A stretch of 64,000 nucleotides of DNA from a virus (Duplodnaviria; Caudoviricetes), in IMG/VR virus record IMGVR_UViG_3300049988_000245, positions 192,001 to 256,000 of that record. One strand, written 5' to 3'. The notes below the pieces were generated by a model. It was not told the DNA's origin and did no database searches. It saw nothing but the letters and a program-made list of their open reading frames with translations. Of the stretch, positions 28,237-36,608 are shown in pieces (position 1 is the stretch's first letter; each line of letters opens with the position of its first letter). The position numbers were made by a program, and so were the translations under genes.

Positions 28237-28814
28237 AGTCCGCTCCCACTTTGGTCGCGGCCACGCTGAGCCTTGATCATGCTGGCCATATCACCAAGGT
28301 GGAACGGCAGCACCTTGAGCGTGCGGATCAGATGCTTGCAGGCGATCCCCTTAAGCTGGGGGTTGCGGATGTGCGGGTAGCGATCCTCGTGGTAGATTGA
28401 GGCGTCCATCTGGTCGAGGATGTAATTGAATCCCCAGAACGTGAACGATGGGCAGTGGCAGTGAAGCTTGATGTCGCCGCCCCAGAGGAGCAGGCGCGCA
28501 GCTTCGTTCGCGTTGATCGACGGATCGTTGACCTGCTCGTCCCAATTGTTCCACTGAACGTACGTCTCCCAACCATTGTACTTGTTGGGGACGAAGAACT
28601 TCATGATGTTCGCCTTCGTGGTCACGTACTTGACGTGGGGAATCAGTGGTGCCCAATCGCGGAACGGGAGCTTGGCGTTCGTCGCACCTGCGACGCCGTT
28701 CGGCACGATTTCCTGCATCAGGTCTTTATAGTGAAGTTCGTCGAGGCGAGCGGGGACCTCGTCGCAGAAATAGCGCGCGGTGCTGCAATGAGCGTGTTCT
28801 GGGTGGCTGCACAT
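28233..28814 (-). CDS. SWIM zinc-finger protein
   Basis: DIKLHCHCPSF.FWG...GIACKHL (CxC...CxH); ATG 28814 just downstream of a late promoter. Confidence 0.8.
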   Translation of the reverse strand: MCSHPEHAHCSTARYFCDEVPARLDELHYKDLMQEIVPNGVAGATNAKLPFRDWAPLIPHVKYVTTKANIMKFFVPNKYNGWETYVQWNNWDEQVNDPSINANEAARLLLWGGDIKLHCHCPSFTFWGFNYILDQMDASIYHEDRYPHIRNPQLKGIACKHLIRTLKVLPFHLGDMASMIKAQRGRDQSGSGL

Positions 28815-29247
28815 GAGCTTATTTAGGAAAAAGGGCAAGACGATTCCCGGATTGTTCAACCGGTATCGCCGCAAGCAAGGAAAAGGCACGCCGCTGTTCT
28901 GGACCTGCGATAAGAAACTGTTCCACTACAGTGGAATCGACCAGTTCGATCATCACCTGTTCGACGCCTTTATCACGTATAAAGCGCCTCATTGCTTCGA
29001 GTGGGGAGCAGATTCTCCGAGCACCCTTTACATGCCGGTTCTCGATTGGATTCGAGAACACATGCAAGGCCGGGCGCTGTTCTCGTACGATCCAATGATC
29101 CTCAGCGGGTACATCCTGCTGGAACATCCCGACGACGCGTTTGACTTCCGGATGCGATTCTCTGAACCTCAAAGGGTCCTGCCGGACAAGAACGTGCAGG
29201 TGGAGGCGAAGCGGATCGTTGAGAAGTACGGGCTTGACGTACTATAG
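28813..29247 (+). CDS. 'FKLRW' paralogue family protein with N- and C-terminal extensions
   Basis: LDWIREHMQG...ILLEHPDDAFDFRMRF. Confidence 0.72.
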   Translation: MSLFRKKGKTIPGLFNRYRRKQGKGTPLFWTCDKKLFHYSGIDQFDHHLFDAFITYKAPHCFEWGADSPSTLYMPVLDWIREHMQGRALFSYDPMILSGYILLEHPDDAFDFRMRFSEPQRVLPDKNVQVEAKRIVEKYGLDVL

Positions 29248-29261
29248 ATTTGGTGTACATT
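29234..29261 (+). promoter_or_regulatory. sigma70-like early promoter
   Basis: TTGACG-N16(...TTGGTG)-TACATT. Confidence 0.7.
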
Positions 29262-29289
29262 GAGGAAATCAGCGACGAGGAGATACGAG

Positions 29290-30513
29290 ATGCACGAGTT
29301 CCGCACCCTCTTCCAGATTCCCGCCGATAACCTCGCCGTTTTCGAGGACAAGCTGGCCAAGCTGTCCAAACGTTCGGTCAAGATGGGCTGCGGCGAAATC
29401 CTCCCCTTCATCGCCTCGAACGAACTCAAGGATTTCGGCGACCACGGTAAGGTCCGGGTGTACAACGTCCACCTGCTCTGCGATCAGCCGAAGCTCGACG
29501 GCTGGGTGTTTGCCGCCCGCCTCGACCACTCCCAGGAGACCGGCACGATCGTTCGCTCGGTCCCGAACTTCGACCGTGAGATTCCGGCGAAGTACCGTGA
29601 TGCCGCTCCGCACTGCGATCACTGCAAGGTCCGTCGTTACCGCCGCGACAGCTACATCGTCTGCAACGAGGTGACCGGCGATTTCGCTCAGGTCGGCTCC
29701 ACCTGCCTCGCCGATTTCATGGGCCACGATGCGTACAAGGTCGCTCGGCTGGCCGAGTACCTGACCTGCGCTGGCGAGTATGCCCGCCTGGGTGAGCAGT
29801 TCATCGGTGGCGACCGCCGCTTCATCGACATGGAGGATTTCCTCAACAGCGCGGCCGGTGCCGTGCGGATGTACGGCTGGGTTTCGACCAAGTTCGCCCG
29901 CGAGTATGGGAATGTTGCTACACGTGACCACGCCGAGGGCAACACCTTCCGGGTTCCGGGCAAGGGTGGCTACTTCACCTGCAACGGTCAGTACGCGTTC
30001 TACGAGCCCACAGACGAGGACAAGGCGTTCGCCGCCGCTGCCGTGGCCTACGTGATGGCGTTCAACGAGAAGACCACCCTGAGCGAGTACGAGAGCAACG
30101 TGCTGGTTCTCGCCCGGTCGGTCTCGATCGAGTACCGCCACGCCGGTTTGGCCGCCTCGATCGTCGGCATCTACTGGCTCCACCTCAACCGCGAGGCCCT
30201 TCGCAAGGCCAAGCAGGGCAAGGGCGAGAGCGCCCATGTGGGTCAGCCGGGCGACAAGGTCGATTTCGGGGCCGCCCGCGTGACCTCGGCCCGCCCGACC
30301 GAGACCGACTTTGGCATGACCTACATCTACCGGTTCGTTACCGAGGAGGGCAACATCGTGGTGTGGTTCGCCTCGAAGAGCCAGCAGATGGCTCAGGGTG
30401 ACACTGTGATGCTCACCGCGAAGGTGAAGAAGCACGACGCCTACAACGGCACAAAGCAGACCGTGGTCACCCACGCGAAGTTCACCCTGGTCGCGCAGCA
30501 GCAGGCTGCGTGA
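29290..30513 (+). CDS. conserved phage protein with Zn-ribbon (CDHC...C...C) and C-terminal OB-fold-like domain
   Basis: ATG 29290 with GAGGAG RBS; CDHCKVRRYRRDSYIV, QVGSTCL, HVGQPGDK...TAKVKKH..YNG.KQT. Confidence 0.8.
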   Translation: MHEFRTLFQIPADNLAVFEDKLAKLSKRSVKMGCGEILPFIASNELKDFGDHGKVRVYNVHLLCDQPKLDGWVFAARLDHSQETGTIVRSVPNFDREIPAKYRDAAPHCDHCKVRRYRRDSYIVCNEVTGDFAQVGSTCLADFMGHDAYKVARLAEYLTCAGEYARLGEQFIGGDRRFIDMEDFLNSAAGAVRMYGWVSTKFAREYGNVATRDHAEGNTFRVPGKGGYFTCNGQYAFYEPTDEDKAFAAAAVAYVMAFNEKTTLSEYESNVLVLARSVSIEYRHAGLAASIVGIYWLHLNREALRKAKQGKGESAHVGQPGDKVDFGAARVTSARPTETDFGMTYIYRFVTEEGNIVVWFASKSQQMAQGDTVMLTAKVKKHDAYNGTKQTVVTHAKFTLVAQQQAA

Positions 30514-30544
30514 CCCCAATCCACCTAAGCGTGCGGAGAGACCC

Positions 30545-30712
30545 ATGGCAGTGACCCAGCGTGACAAAGACGATTTCGCCGGATATCTCCGGAACTGCAC
30601 GGACCGTCAGGTTCAGGGCGTGTACGATAAGGAACGGGCCGCAAACCGCCGCGCCTACGCGAACCTTGCGGTCGCCGAAGCGAGCCGTCGCGGCATTCAG
30701 TTGGACCGCTGA
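30545..30712 (+). CDS. small hypothetical protein (55 aa, missing from ORF track)
   Basis: MAVTQRDKDDFAGYLRNCTDRQVQGVYDKERAANRRAYANLAVAEASRRGIQLDR; GGAGA RBS; TGATG coupling to 30712. Confidence 0.7.
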   Translation: MAVTQRDKDDFAGYLRNCTDRQVQGVYDKERAANRRAYANLAVAEASRRGIQLDR

Positions 30713-31116
30713 TGCGCATCGACTTCAGCGATCTCGGCAACATCTGCACGCATATCTGCCAGAAAGCGAACTACCAGACGATCGGGGGCACACAGCAATG
30801 GGTCTCTTCGATCGAGGGTTTCGCCGTCCGTATCTCGTTCGGTAACCGTCAGGATCGGTGGATGCTGGCACTGGACGATGTCGCGATTGCGTTCACGCTC
30901 GATGTGGTCGTAACCCCCGAGGGCAACCCAGCCGAACGTGGTCTCGTGCGGTTCGGGGTGACATGGGGTGAGGCACGCGATTGCGTTTATTGGGGTGATC
31001 CGACTAAGGTTCAGGCGACCTTAGTTATGATGAAGATGCTCACCCCGAACGCGAGCGCGAATGAACACACCTACGCAGACTTCGCCGAAGCACGTGATCA
31101 CCCCAACGTTGAATGA
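30712..31116 (+). CDS. hypothetical protein, second small family
   Basis: MRIDFSDL...VYWGDPTKVQATLVMMKM. Confidence 0.62.
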   Translation: MRIDFSDLGNICTHICQKANYQTIGGTQQWVSSIEGFAVRISFGNRQDRWMLALDDVAIAFTLDVVVTPEGNPAERGLVRFGVTWGEARDCVYWGDPTKVQATLVMMKMLTPNASANEHTYADFAEARDHPNVE

Positions 31117-31462
31117 GATCAGGGAACTGACGCGCGAGCACTTCGACTACCGAATCAACCTGCATCGAGAGATGAATGTGGATTACCACTCCCAGAAACA
31201 ACTCTGGGCCGAACTACGCAGCGAAATTCTACGCTGGTGTCGAGACAGATTCGGACCCGGTGCGCTCGGAATTGCGGTGAATCGTGATGAACCGGGCTTC
31301 CTGAAGTATCAGACGCAGTTCGTGAATCCGGAGATTGCCCGGTTCGAGTACGACATGGATGCGGGCTGGATATCGCGCGGATGGATGTTTTGGTTCAAGG
31401 ACGAAAACGCCGCGTTCGAGTTCAAGATGCGCTGGAAAGGCATGCGGGTCCTACCGGGGTAG
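31061..31462 (+). CDS. 'FKLRW' paralogue family protein
   Basis: LRWCRDRFG...FWFKDENAAFEFKMRWKG; start uncertain. Confidence 0.78.
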   Translation: MNTPTQTSPKHVITPTLNEIRELTREHFDYRINLHREMNVDYHSQKQLWAELRSEILRWCRDRFGPGALGIAVNRDEPGFLKYQTQFVNPEIARFEYDMDAGWISRGWMFWFKDENAAFEFKMRWKGMRVLPG

Positions 31463-31771
31463 CCGCATCATTCGACTGCGCAGGTAGCGGTCCCGCTCCG
31501 GGCCGGTGTTGCGGACGAATCCGTGGCGCTCATAGAACACGCTCAGGCGCTCCGTGGGCGGCGTCAGCACGATCCGGTATCCGAACTCGTCCGCGAGCCC
31601 ACACAGGGCTCTCAGGGCCTCTGAGCCGCGTCCCTGACCCTCCTGGCCCCGATAGACCGACATCATTTGGAGGTGGAGGTCGCCGTCTACGAGCGCGAGG
31701 GTGAGCACGAACAGCCCCAGGCGCTCGCATGTCTCGTCGCACCATTCGTCGATCCGCAGTGGGGTTAGCAT
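31451..31771 (-). CDS. GNAT-family acetyltransferase-like protein
   Basis: ATG 31771 overlapping endonuclease stop; GQGRGSEALRALC..AD..G..I.L...L..FYERHGF. Confidence 0.75.
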   Translation of the reverse strand: MLTPLRIDEWCDETCERLGLFVLTLALVDGDLHLQMMSVYRGQEGQGRGSEALRALCGLADEFGYRIVLTPPTERLSVFYERHGFVRNTGPERDRYLRSRMMRLPR

Positions 31772-32454
31772 GCGTCGTAAAGGGTCCAGAACTTCAGTGG
31801 GGATACGCCGTGCTTCTTGCTCACGTAAGCAAATACGGGCGCAAGCTCTTTTTTCGTCATCAGATGAATTCTCTGGGGGCATGCTGCGATTTTACGATGG
31901 TCGTTATCGGTCAGAAATCCTTTGATTTCAACGATTCCGAATTCGGTTTGAAAATCTGGGTAGTAACGCCTCAATTTTCCTGAAGAATCGTGATACTCAA
32001 ACCATCCGTCGTAGCGAGATACTTGGATGCCATGGTCAAAGCAATAGATTAGATACGCAAGCTCATACGTGCTATCACACCATATTCCGCGATATCGACC
32101 TTTCTTTCCTCGGCCCGACCCATGTCTCTTCCCTCCCAGGCCCTTACAGGTTCGAAGTGAATTCTTGACTCGAAGTTGGTGCAGACAATCCACTGAACAT
32201 GTTTTCACACGGTTATGACCAACACCTCTATATCTGGGTACCGGAGTATCGCATATAACGCATCGGCGCGGATTCGCGTCATATTCTTCCTGAGTCTTCG
32301 TACCTGCGATGGCACCCTTACGGTGTTTTAGTTGCCATTCCCGAGCTTTAGATTTAAAAGATTCGTCACGAGGGCCACGTGAATTTGCACAAACTCTTGA
32401 GCAAAACGTTCCAGGCTTCTTATGTGATGATGAACACTTAGGGCAATACTTCAT
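31765..32454 (-). mobile_element. free-standing homing-type endonuclease (Zn fingers + PD-(D/E)xK)
   Basis: 229 aa; CPKC..FCSRVC, CVIC..TCSVDC, GRGKKGRYRGIWCDSTYE, YYPDF...VEIKG; lower GC; beside tRNA. Confidence 0.8.
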
Positions 32455-32459
32455 TACCC

Positions 32460-32466
32460 TATTTAT
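32460..32466 (-). promoter_or_regulatory. T4-like late promoter core
   Basis: ATAAATA 5 nt upstream of endonuclease ATG. Confidence 0.6.
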
Positions 32467-32538
32467 GAATCAACCCGTAAACCTGGGTTCGATTTTATCT
32501 TGCGTCTTCTCTGTAAAATTGGTAGACCATTTTTTAAC

Positions 32539-32614
32539 GCTCCCTTCGTCTAGCGGTTAGGACATTCCCCTTTCACGGGAAAGATCAGGGGTTCGAATCC
32601 CCTAGGGAGCGCCA
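32539..32614 (+). tRNA. tRNA-Glu (anticodon TTC) with encoded CCA
   Basis: 76 nt; acceptor GCTCCCT/AGGGAGC, anticodon arm TTCCC-CTTTCAC-GGGAA, T-arm AGGGG-TTCGAAT-CCCCT, 3' GCCA. Confidence 0.97.
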
Positions 32615-32617
32615 ATT

Positions 32618-32908
32618 ATGACTAGAGTTCCCGGCGGTGCTTTTCTGATGTTCCCCTACCAGTCATCGGTCGTGCACTCAGTAGTGGGGGCGGAGACCCG
32701 TAGGGAAATCAAGCTCCATCTTCCCCACACCGTGAACAGCATGGCCGAGTACCGCTACGCTTCCGCTTGGTGCGTAGAACACCTGGGTCCGGGCGTCCTT
32801 TACGGCGATCAACCCTACGATTACACCCGCCGTTGGGCCAGGGTGGGGACGACCATGCATTTCCGCTGCCCCGATGATGCGTTCGCGTATAAGATGCGCT
32901 GGGGTTGA
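32618..32908 (+). CDS. small protein, 'FKLRW' paralogue family
   Basis: SAWCVEHLG...RWARVG..MHFRCPDDAFAYKMRWG. Confidence 0.8.
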   Translation: MTRVPGGAFLMFPYQSSVVHSVVGAETRREIKLHLPHTVNSMAEYRYASAWCVEHLGPGVLYGDQPYDYTRRWARVGTTMHFRCPDDAFAYKMRWG

Positions 32909-32918
32909 GGGAACGGAC

Positions 32919-33431
32919 ATGTACGGATTGACGCCAGGGGTGTTCCGCTTTCGCGACGACACGCTGGACGCGTTCGAGGTCTACGAGACCATCGAAGGGG
33001 CGTGGCTGGCAGCGTTCTACGAGTACCACGCGGAGCGGGTGGACCGCGACGGCATCATTCTCGATGTGACCAAAGGCGGGTTGTCCACAGGTCATTTGTT
33101 CATGTCGGAGAGCATGGCCGATCGAAGAGATCGGTACAGGCGCTGGGACGAAAGCTCGCTCTTCGACAAAGCCGCGCTCGACCTCTGCCGGACGATTGAC
33201 GCGGAAATTCTGCGCGATCTTGTCAATCACGTCCTGCAAGAGAGACGGTCGAACGCAGGTGATCCGGCTCACAACAAGATCATCGAGACCACCGCGATCC
33301 CCATGGGGATGCTCTCCAGTTTCGACAGGACGACCCCTGACGGGCTTCTCGCACATGAGCAGATGCTGCGCACGTTCAACGCCCCAGGGCCTCAGGCGGC
33401 CCGCTTGCGCGGCCTTGGGCTGATCCTGTGA
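32919..33431 (+). CDS. hypothetical protein
   Basis: ATG 32919 with GAGG RBS; 170 aa; GTGA overlap with next ORF. Confidence 0.65.
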   Translation: MYGLTPGVFRFRDDTLDAFEVYETIEGAWLAAFYEYHAERVDRDGIILDVTKGGLSTGHLFMSESMADRRDRYRRWDESSLFDKAALDLCRTIDAEILRDLVNHVLQERRSNAGDPAHNKIIETTAIPMGMLSSFDRTTPDGLLAHEQMLRTFNAPGPQAARLRGLGLIL

Positions 33432-33667
33432 GGACGCACTTCCATAGCGACGCCGTGGTCCTCGACGGCGATTGGGAAGGTCAATCTTTCCCGCACCGCT
33501 TCATCATGCTTGGACTTGCTCAGCGTCGTGGATGGTCGAAGGGCGTAGAGGCGTGGCTTTCCGAGCATGTCGGCGCGCACGAGGATCAATGGGTCACCAA
33601 CAGCATGGGTGACGTGTTTATCAAGGACGATGCGGCGGCCTTCGCCTTCAAAATGCGGTGGTGCTGA
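33428..33667 (+). CDS. small protein, 'FKLRW' paralogue family
   Basis: EAWLSEHVG...QW..NSMGDVFIKDDAAAFAFKMRWC. Confidence 0.8.
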   Translation: MRTHFHSDAVVLDGDWEGQSFPHRFIMLGLAQRRGWSKGVEAWLSEHVGAHEDQWVTNSMGDVFIKDDAAAFAFKMRWC

Positions 33668-33668
33668 A

Positions 33669-33899
33669 ATGCGCCGGGCTTACGCTCATGCGCCCAGCTT
33701 AAGCAAACCGGGCGAAATTCTATTCCTCTACGTCGCCGCCGATACGTCGAGGCTCGAAATTGAGGCACGGATTTGGTGCGCCGAGAACATCGGTGAGAAC
33801 GGCGTGAAGTGGACGTTCAACGACCTCGGCGACATCATCATCTACATGGAGGACGGCTTCAGCGATGCCGCCTTCGCGTTCAAGCTCCGCTGGTGCTGA
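33669..33899 (+). CDS. small protein, 'FKLRW' paralogue family (tandem paralogue of 33428)
   Basis: RIWCAENIG..KW.FNDLGDIIIYMED..SDAAFAFKLRWC. Confidence 0.8.
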   Translation: MRRAYAHAPSLSKPGEILFLYVAADTSRLEIEARIWCAENIGENGVKWTFNDLGDIIIYMEDGFSDAAFAFKLRWC

Positions 33900-34002
33900 G
33901 ACGGATTTTCAAAGCGAGCGCCCTTGACAGACCTGTTGTTAACCACTCTTTTAGAGTGAACCCGATAAGCGGCAGAGACCGTAGGGAAACAGGAGAAGTC
34001 AG

Positions 34003-34956
34003 ATGCAAACCAATACCGCTCAAACCGGAACGCTCCCGCTGGTTTCGCCCGCCAGCGAGCCGATGGTTCGTCAGCGCAATCGCCCGACCACGATGGACCT
34101 GAGCCCGGCCGCGAGCTTGCGGAAGATCGAAGCCTCGATCGCGACCCCGCCCTCCACATCGATCGTCTTCACGATCCATCCGGAGAATGCGAAGCATATC
34201 TTGGAGACCTACAACAAGGGCAATCGCTCCAAGAAGCCGGTCAAGATCAAGCAGTACGCCCAGGCGCTGATCAATGGGGAATGGGAACTGACCGGCGAGA
34301 CGATCAAGTTCTCCGATCTCGGTCGTCTCCTCGACGGCCAGAACCGTTTGTTCGCATGTGTCGAGGCGAACGTGCCGTTCACCACCCATGTGGTCTTCGG
34401 CGTGGCCGACCGGGCGTTCTCAAAGATGGATCAGGGCCGTATCCGCTCAGGCGGCGACGTGCTACAGATCGCCGGTTACAACGACACGAACAACCTCTCG
34501 GCGGCCTGTCGGTGGCTCTACCTGATCGACACCGGCCGTCCGAAGTCGCGTGAGAGCCTGGAGCCCACCCAGGTTCTGAAGCTACTCGACACCAAGTACG
34601 GAGACCTGCCGGAATTCCTGAAGGTCGCCGGGCGCATCTATGCGACCCATCGCCAGCCCAAGGGTCTGATGGCCGCCCTGTTCTATCTGTTCGACAAGGC
34701 CAACCCGACGAAGGCCGCCGAATGGGCCATGCTGTGGGAGAACGGTACGGTGAACGCGAAGTCCCGTTCGATCACGGCGGTGAACAAGCGGCTCGCCGAC
34801 ATCAAGTCGTACTCATCCGGTCGGGTCCACGACACCGCACGGGCGGCCATGTTGGTGATTGCCTGGAACGCCTTCGTGACCAAGAAGGGCGCGGTGACCA
34901 GAGAAGAACTGCTCTGGGATATCCAGAACGATGACTTCCCGGTGATCCAGGGTTGA
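34003..34956 (+). CDS. ParB/Srx-like N-terminal domain protein
   Basis: 317 aa; NR....IKQYAQAL..GEW..TGETIKF...G.LLDGQNRL.A motif. Confidence 0.75.
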   Translation: MQTNTAQTGTLPLVSPASEPMVRQRNRPTTMDLSPAASLRKIEASIATPPSTSIVFTIHPENAKHILETYNKGNRSKKPVKIKQYAQALINGEWELTGETIKFSDLGRLLDGQNRLFACVEANVPFTTHVVFGVADRAFSKMDQGRIRSGGDVLQIAGYNDTNNLSAACRWLYLIDTGRPKSRESLEPTQVLKLLDTKYGDLPEFLKVAGRIYATHRQPKGLMAALFYLFDKANPTKAAEWAMLWENGTVNAKSRSITAVNKRLADIKSYSSGRVHDTARAAMLVIAWNAFVTKKGAVTREELLWDIQNDDFPVIQG

Positions 34957-34963
34957 ACCATTC

Positions 34964-34988
34964 GAAGGGGCCGAAAGGCCCCTTCTTC
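34964..34988. terminator. hairpin terminator between convergent genes
   Basis: GAAGGGGCC-GAAA-GGCCCCTTC 9-bp stem followed by TTC. Confidence 0.75.
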
Positions 34989-35337
34989 ACATCATGGCGA
35001 GGCGGGCCACCAAAAGGTCATTGCGGAAATCATCCTCGCTTCCTTTGAGGAGCGCATAGATGTCGCTTCCAAAGTAAACGTCCTTGAAGAATACCGTCCA
35101 TGTCGGGCCGATCATGCGCGTAGTTTTCCAGAACATCTGAATCTTGAACTGGCTGTTCAAGATGGATACTTCTATGATCTTCTGCGGTATACAACCGGAT
35201 GAATAAGATTCGCGATTATTCCATAAGAGATTGGTGACCGTCAGGAGTTCGACTCGCGACAGCGTAATGCTCTCGTACTCGCCGGATTGCTCAGCGGAAT
35301 CCCAGCTTGAGCATGACGAGATCGGATCGGAAAGCAT
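34987..35337 (-). CDS. hypothetical protein, second small family
   Basis: ends LLKGSEDDFRNDLLVARLAMM; start uncertain. Confidence 0.6.
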   Translation of the reverse strand: MLSDPISSCSSWDSAEQSGEYESITLSRVELLTVTNLLWNNRESYSSGCIPQKIIEVSILNSQFKIQMFWKTTRMIGPTWTVFFKDVYFGSDIYALLKGSEDDFRNDLLVARLAMM

Positions 35338-35593
35338 CTTCGTCACCCTCAAACCGCAGTTTCGCGATTCCTTCGATGATGTCCGGATAGGCCGGGTCCT
35401 CACGGAACCGCCACACGCCATCGACGCGGGTAAACGTGTATCCGACTTTGGCAACCCCTTCCACGTCGATGTCCATACCCATGACGGTCACGCGACGCAT
35501 AGCGGTTACCAGTGGTATTTCCGTCGCACAGAGCATTGTGCCGAGCGTTTTCAGTTCGTCCATAGTCAGGTCGATCAGTCGCATCAGAGCCAC
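35291..35593 (-). CDS. hypothetical protein, second small family
   Basis: IDLTMDELKTL...LRFEGDEDAFRSDLVMLKLG. Confidence 0.68.
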   Translation of the reverse strand: MALMRLIDLTMDELKTLGTMLCATEIPLVTAMRRVTVMGMDIDVEGVAKVGYTFTRVDGVWRFREDPAYPDIIEGIAKLRFEGDEDAFRSDLVMLKLGFR

Positions 35594-35958
35594 CTCAGTT
35601 TGAACGCCATATAGTCGGCCTCCGATCGAAACCCATAGGATACGTCGGACGGCGTCTGCGTATCATGAAGGGATTTCTCGATCCATTCGATGACCTCGGA
35701 ATCAGACATCTCACCGGCCTCGAACATCTCAACAACTTTTTGGCGGAAGCTTGGGTGATCGTTGAAGAACTCGACCATCTCGAATTCGTTCAGGTTGAGC
35801 CAATCGACAAACTCAGGGCGATACGCCTTTAGGGATTGTTCCCGCAGATTCAGCGTATGGTGGACGGGAAACTCCGGGACCCCACCCGTACGAACGCGGC
35901 GGATCGGATGGGGTTCGACCACGTCCAGCGCCATAGGATTGGCAGTGACGAAGATCAT
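35584..35958 (-). CDS. 'FKLRW' paralogue family protein with internal insertion
   Basis: VDWLNLN...YGFRSEADYMAFKLRWL. Confidence 0.75.
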   Translation of the reverse strand: MIFVTANPMALDVVEPHPIRRVRTGGVPEFPVHHTLNLREQSLKAYRPEFVDWLNLNEFEMVEFFNDHPSFRQKVVEMFEAGEMSDSEVIEWIEKSLHDTQTPSDVSYGFRSEADYMAFKLRWL

Positions 35959-35976
35959 GGTCGGGTCCCGCGCAAG

Positions 35977-36570
35977 TTACTCGGTTTCGTCCGGGGTGTC
36001 CCTGCGGGCTTCGTTGGGGTCAGTGCCGATATACTTCTTGTAGCCGTCGATCCAGTTTTCCATGAAAATCGCCTGAGCATCGACAAGACCGACCTGATCC
36101 GCGCAGACGAGGCGCTTCATACGGACCTCCAGGCGGTCCTTATGATGAGCGTTCCACAGCCCCTGATAGGCTTGCGGAAATAGATTCTGCGGATCGTTAG
36201 CGCCCCCGAGGAGAAGCGGAACAAGATGGTCGATCTCACAGCCCTGTTCGGTGTTGCACCAGAGATCACGCTTGCTCGTCATCCCATAGAACCGGCGTAC
36301 CGCTTCCTTCGTCGAATCAGGCACATTGCGGACGCGACCTGTGCGGAAATTCTTGTCGCACAGTTCAGCCTTGGTCACTCCGGGGCGCACCATTCCAGGG
36401 GTGATGGTGCGATCCGGCAGTGCGCCTGGATTGACCGTGGGTGCGGTGATTTCCTTGCTCCGGCGGTACTCATTGTTAAAATGCAACGCGAAATATGTCC
36501 CGGCGGCGACGGCGGAACAAAATAGCAGGAGCAAAATCAGAGGGAGGTAATCGTCGATTTTACGCTTCAT
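35977..36570 (-). CDS. membrane-anchored HNH-type nuclease
   Basis: N-terminal LPLILLLLFCSAVAAG; CEIDHLVPLLLGGANDPQNLFPQ...NAHHKDRLE. Confidence 0.78.
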   Translation of the reverse strand: MKRKIDDYLPLILLLLFCSAVAAGTYFALHFNNEYRRSKEITAPTVNPGALPDRTITPGMVRPGVTKAELCDKNFRTGRVRNVPDSTKEAVRRFYGMTSKRDLWCNTEQGCEIDHLVPLLLGGANDPQNLFPQAYQGLWNAHHKDRLEVRMKRLVCADQVGLVDAQAIFMENWIDGYKKYIGTDPNEARRDTPDETE

Positions 36571-36575
36571 GGGGT

Positions 36576-36604
36576 ATGATATTCATTCAATGAGAGCTAA
36601 GCAA
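36576..36604 (-). promoter_or_regulatory. sigma70-like promoter (probably leaderless)
   Basis: TTGCTT-N17-TATCAT, 5 nt before ATG 36570. Confidence 0.5.
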
Positions 36605-36608
36605 ATTA

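Noticed and set aside
29269-30600. Long antisense ORFs (e.g. 443 aa at 29269..30600; also 38542..39393, 52468..53430, 56200..57390, 1831..2475)
   Set aside because: They lie exactly opposite well-supported genes; stop-poor shadow frames are expected from GC-rich codon bias; no motifs or RBS.
33170-33230. DLCRTIDAEILRDL resembling a T4 gp23 capsid helix
   Set aside because: A single short helix match in a 170-aa ORF; not enough to call a capsid-related gene.
33924-33960. TTGACA upstream of the ParB-like gene as an early promoter
   Set aside because: No acceptable -10 hexamer at 16-18 nt spacing.
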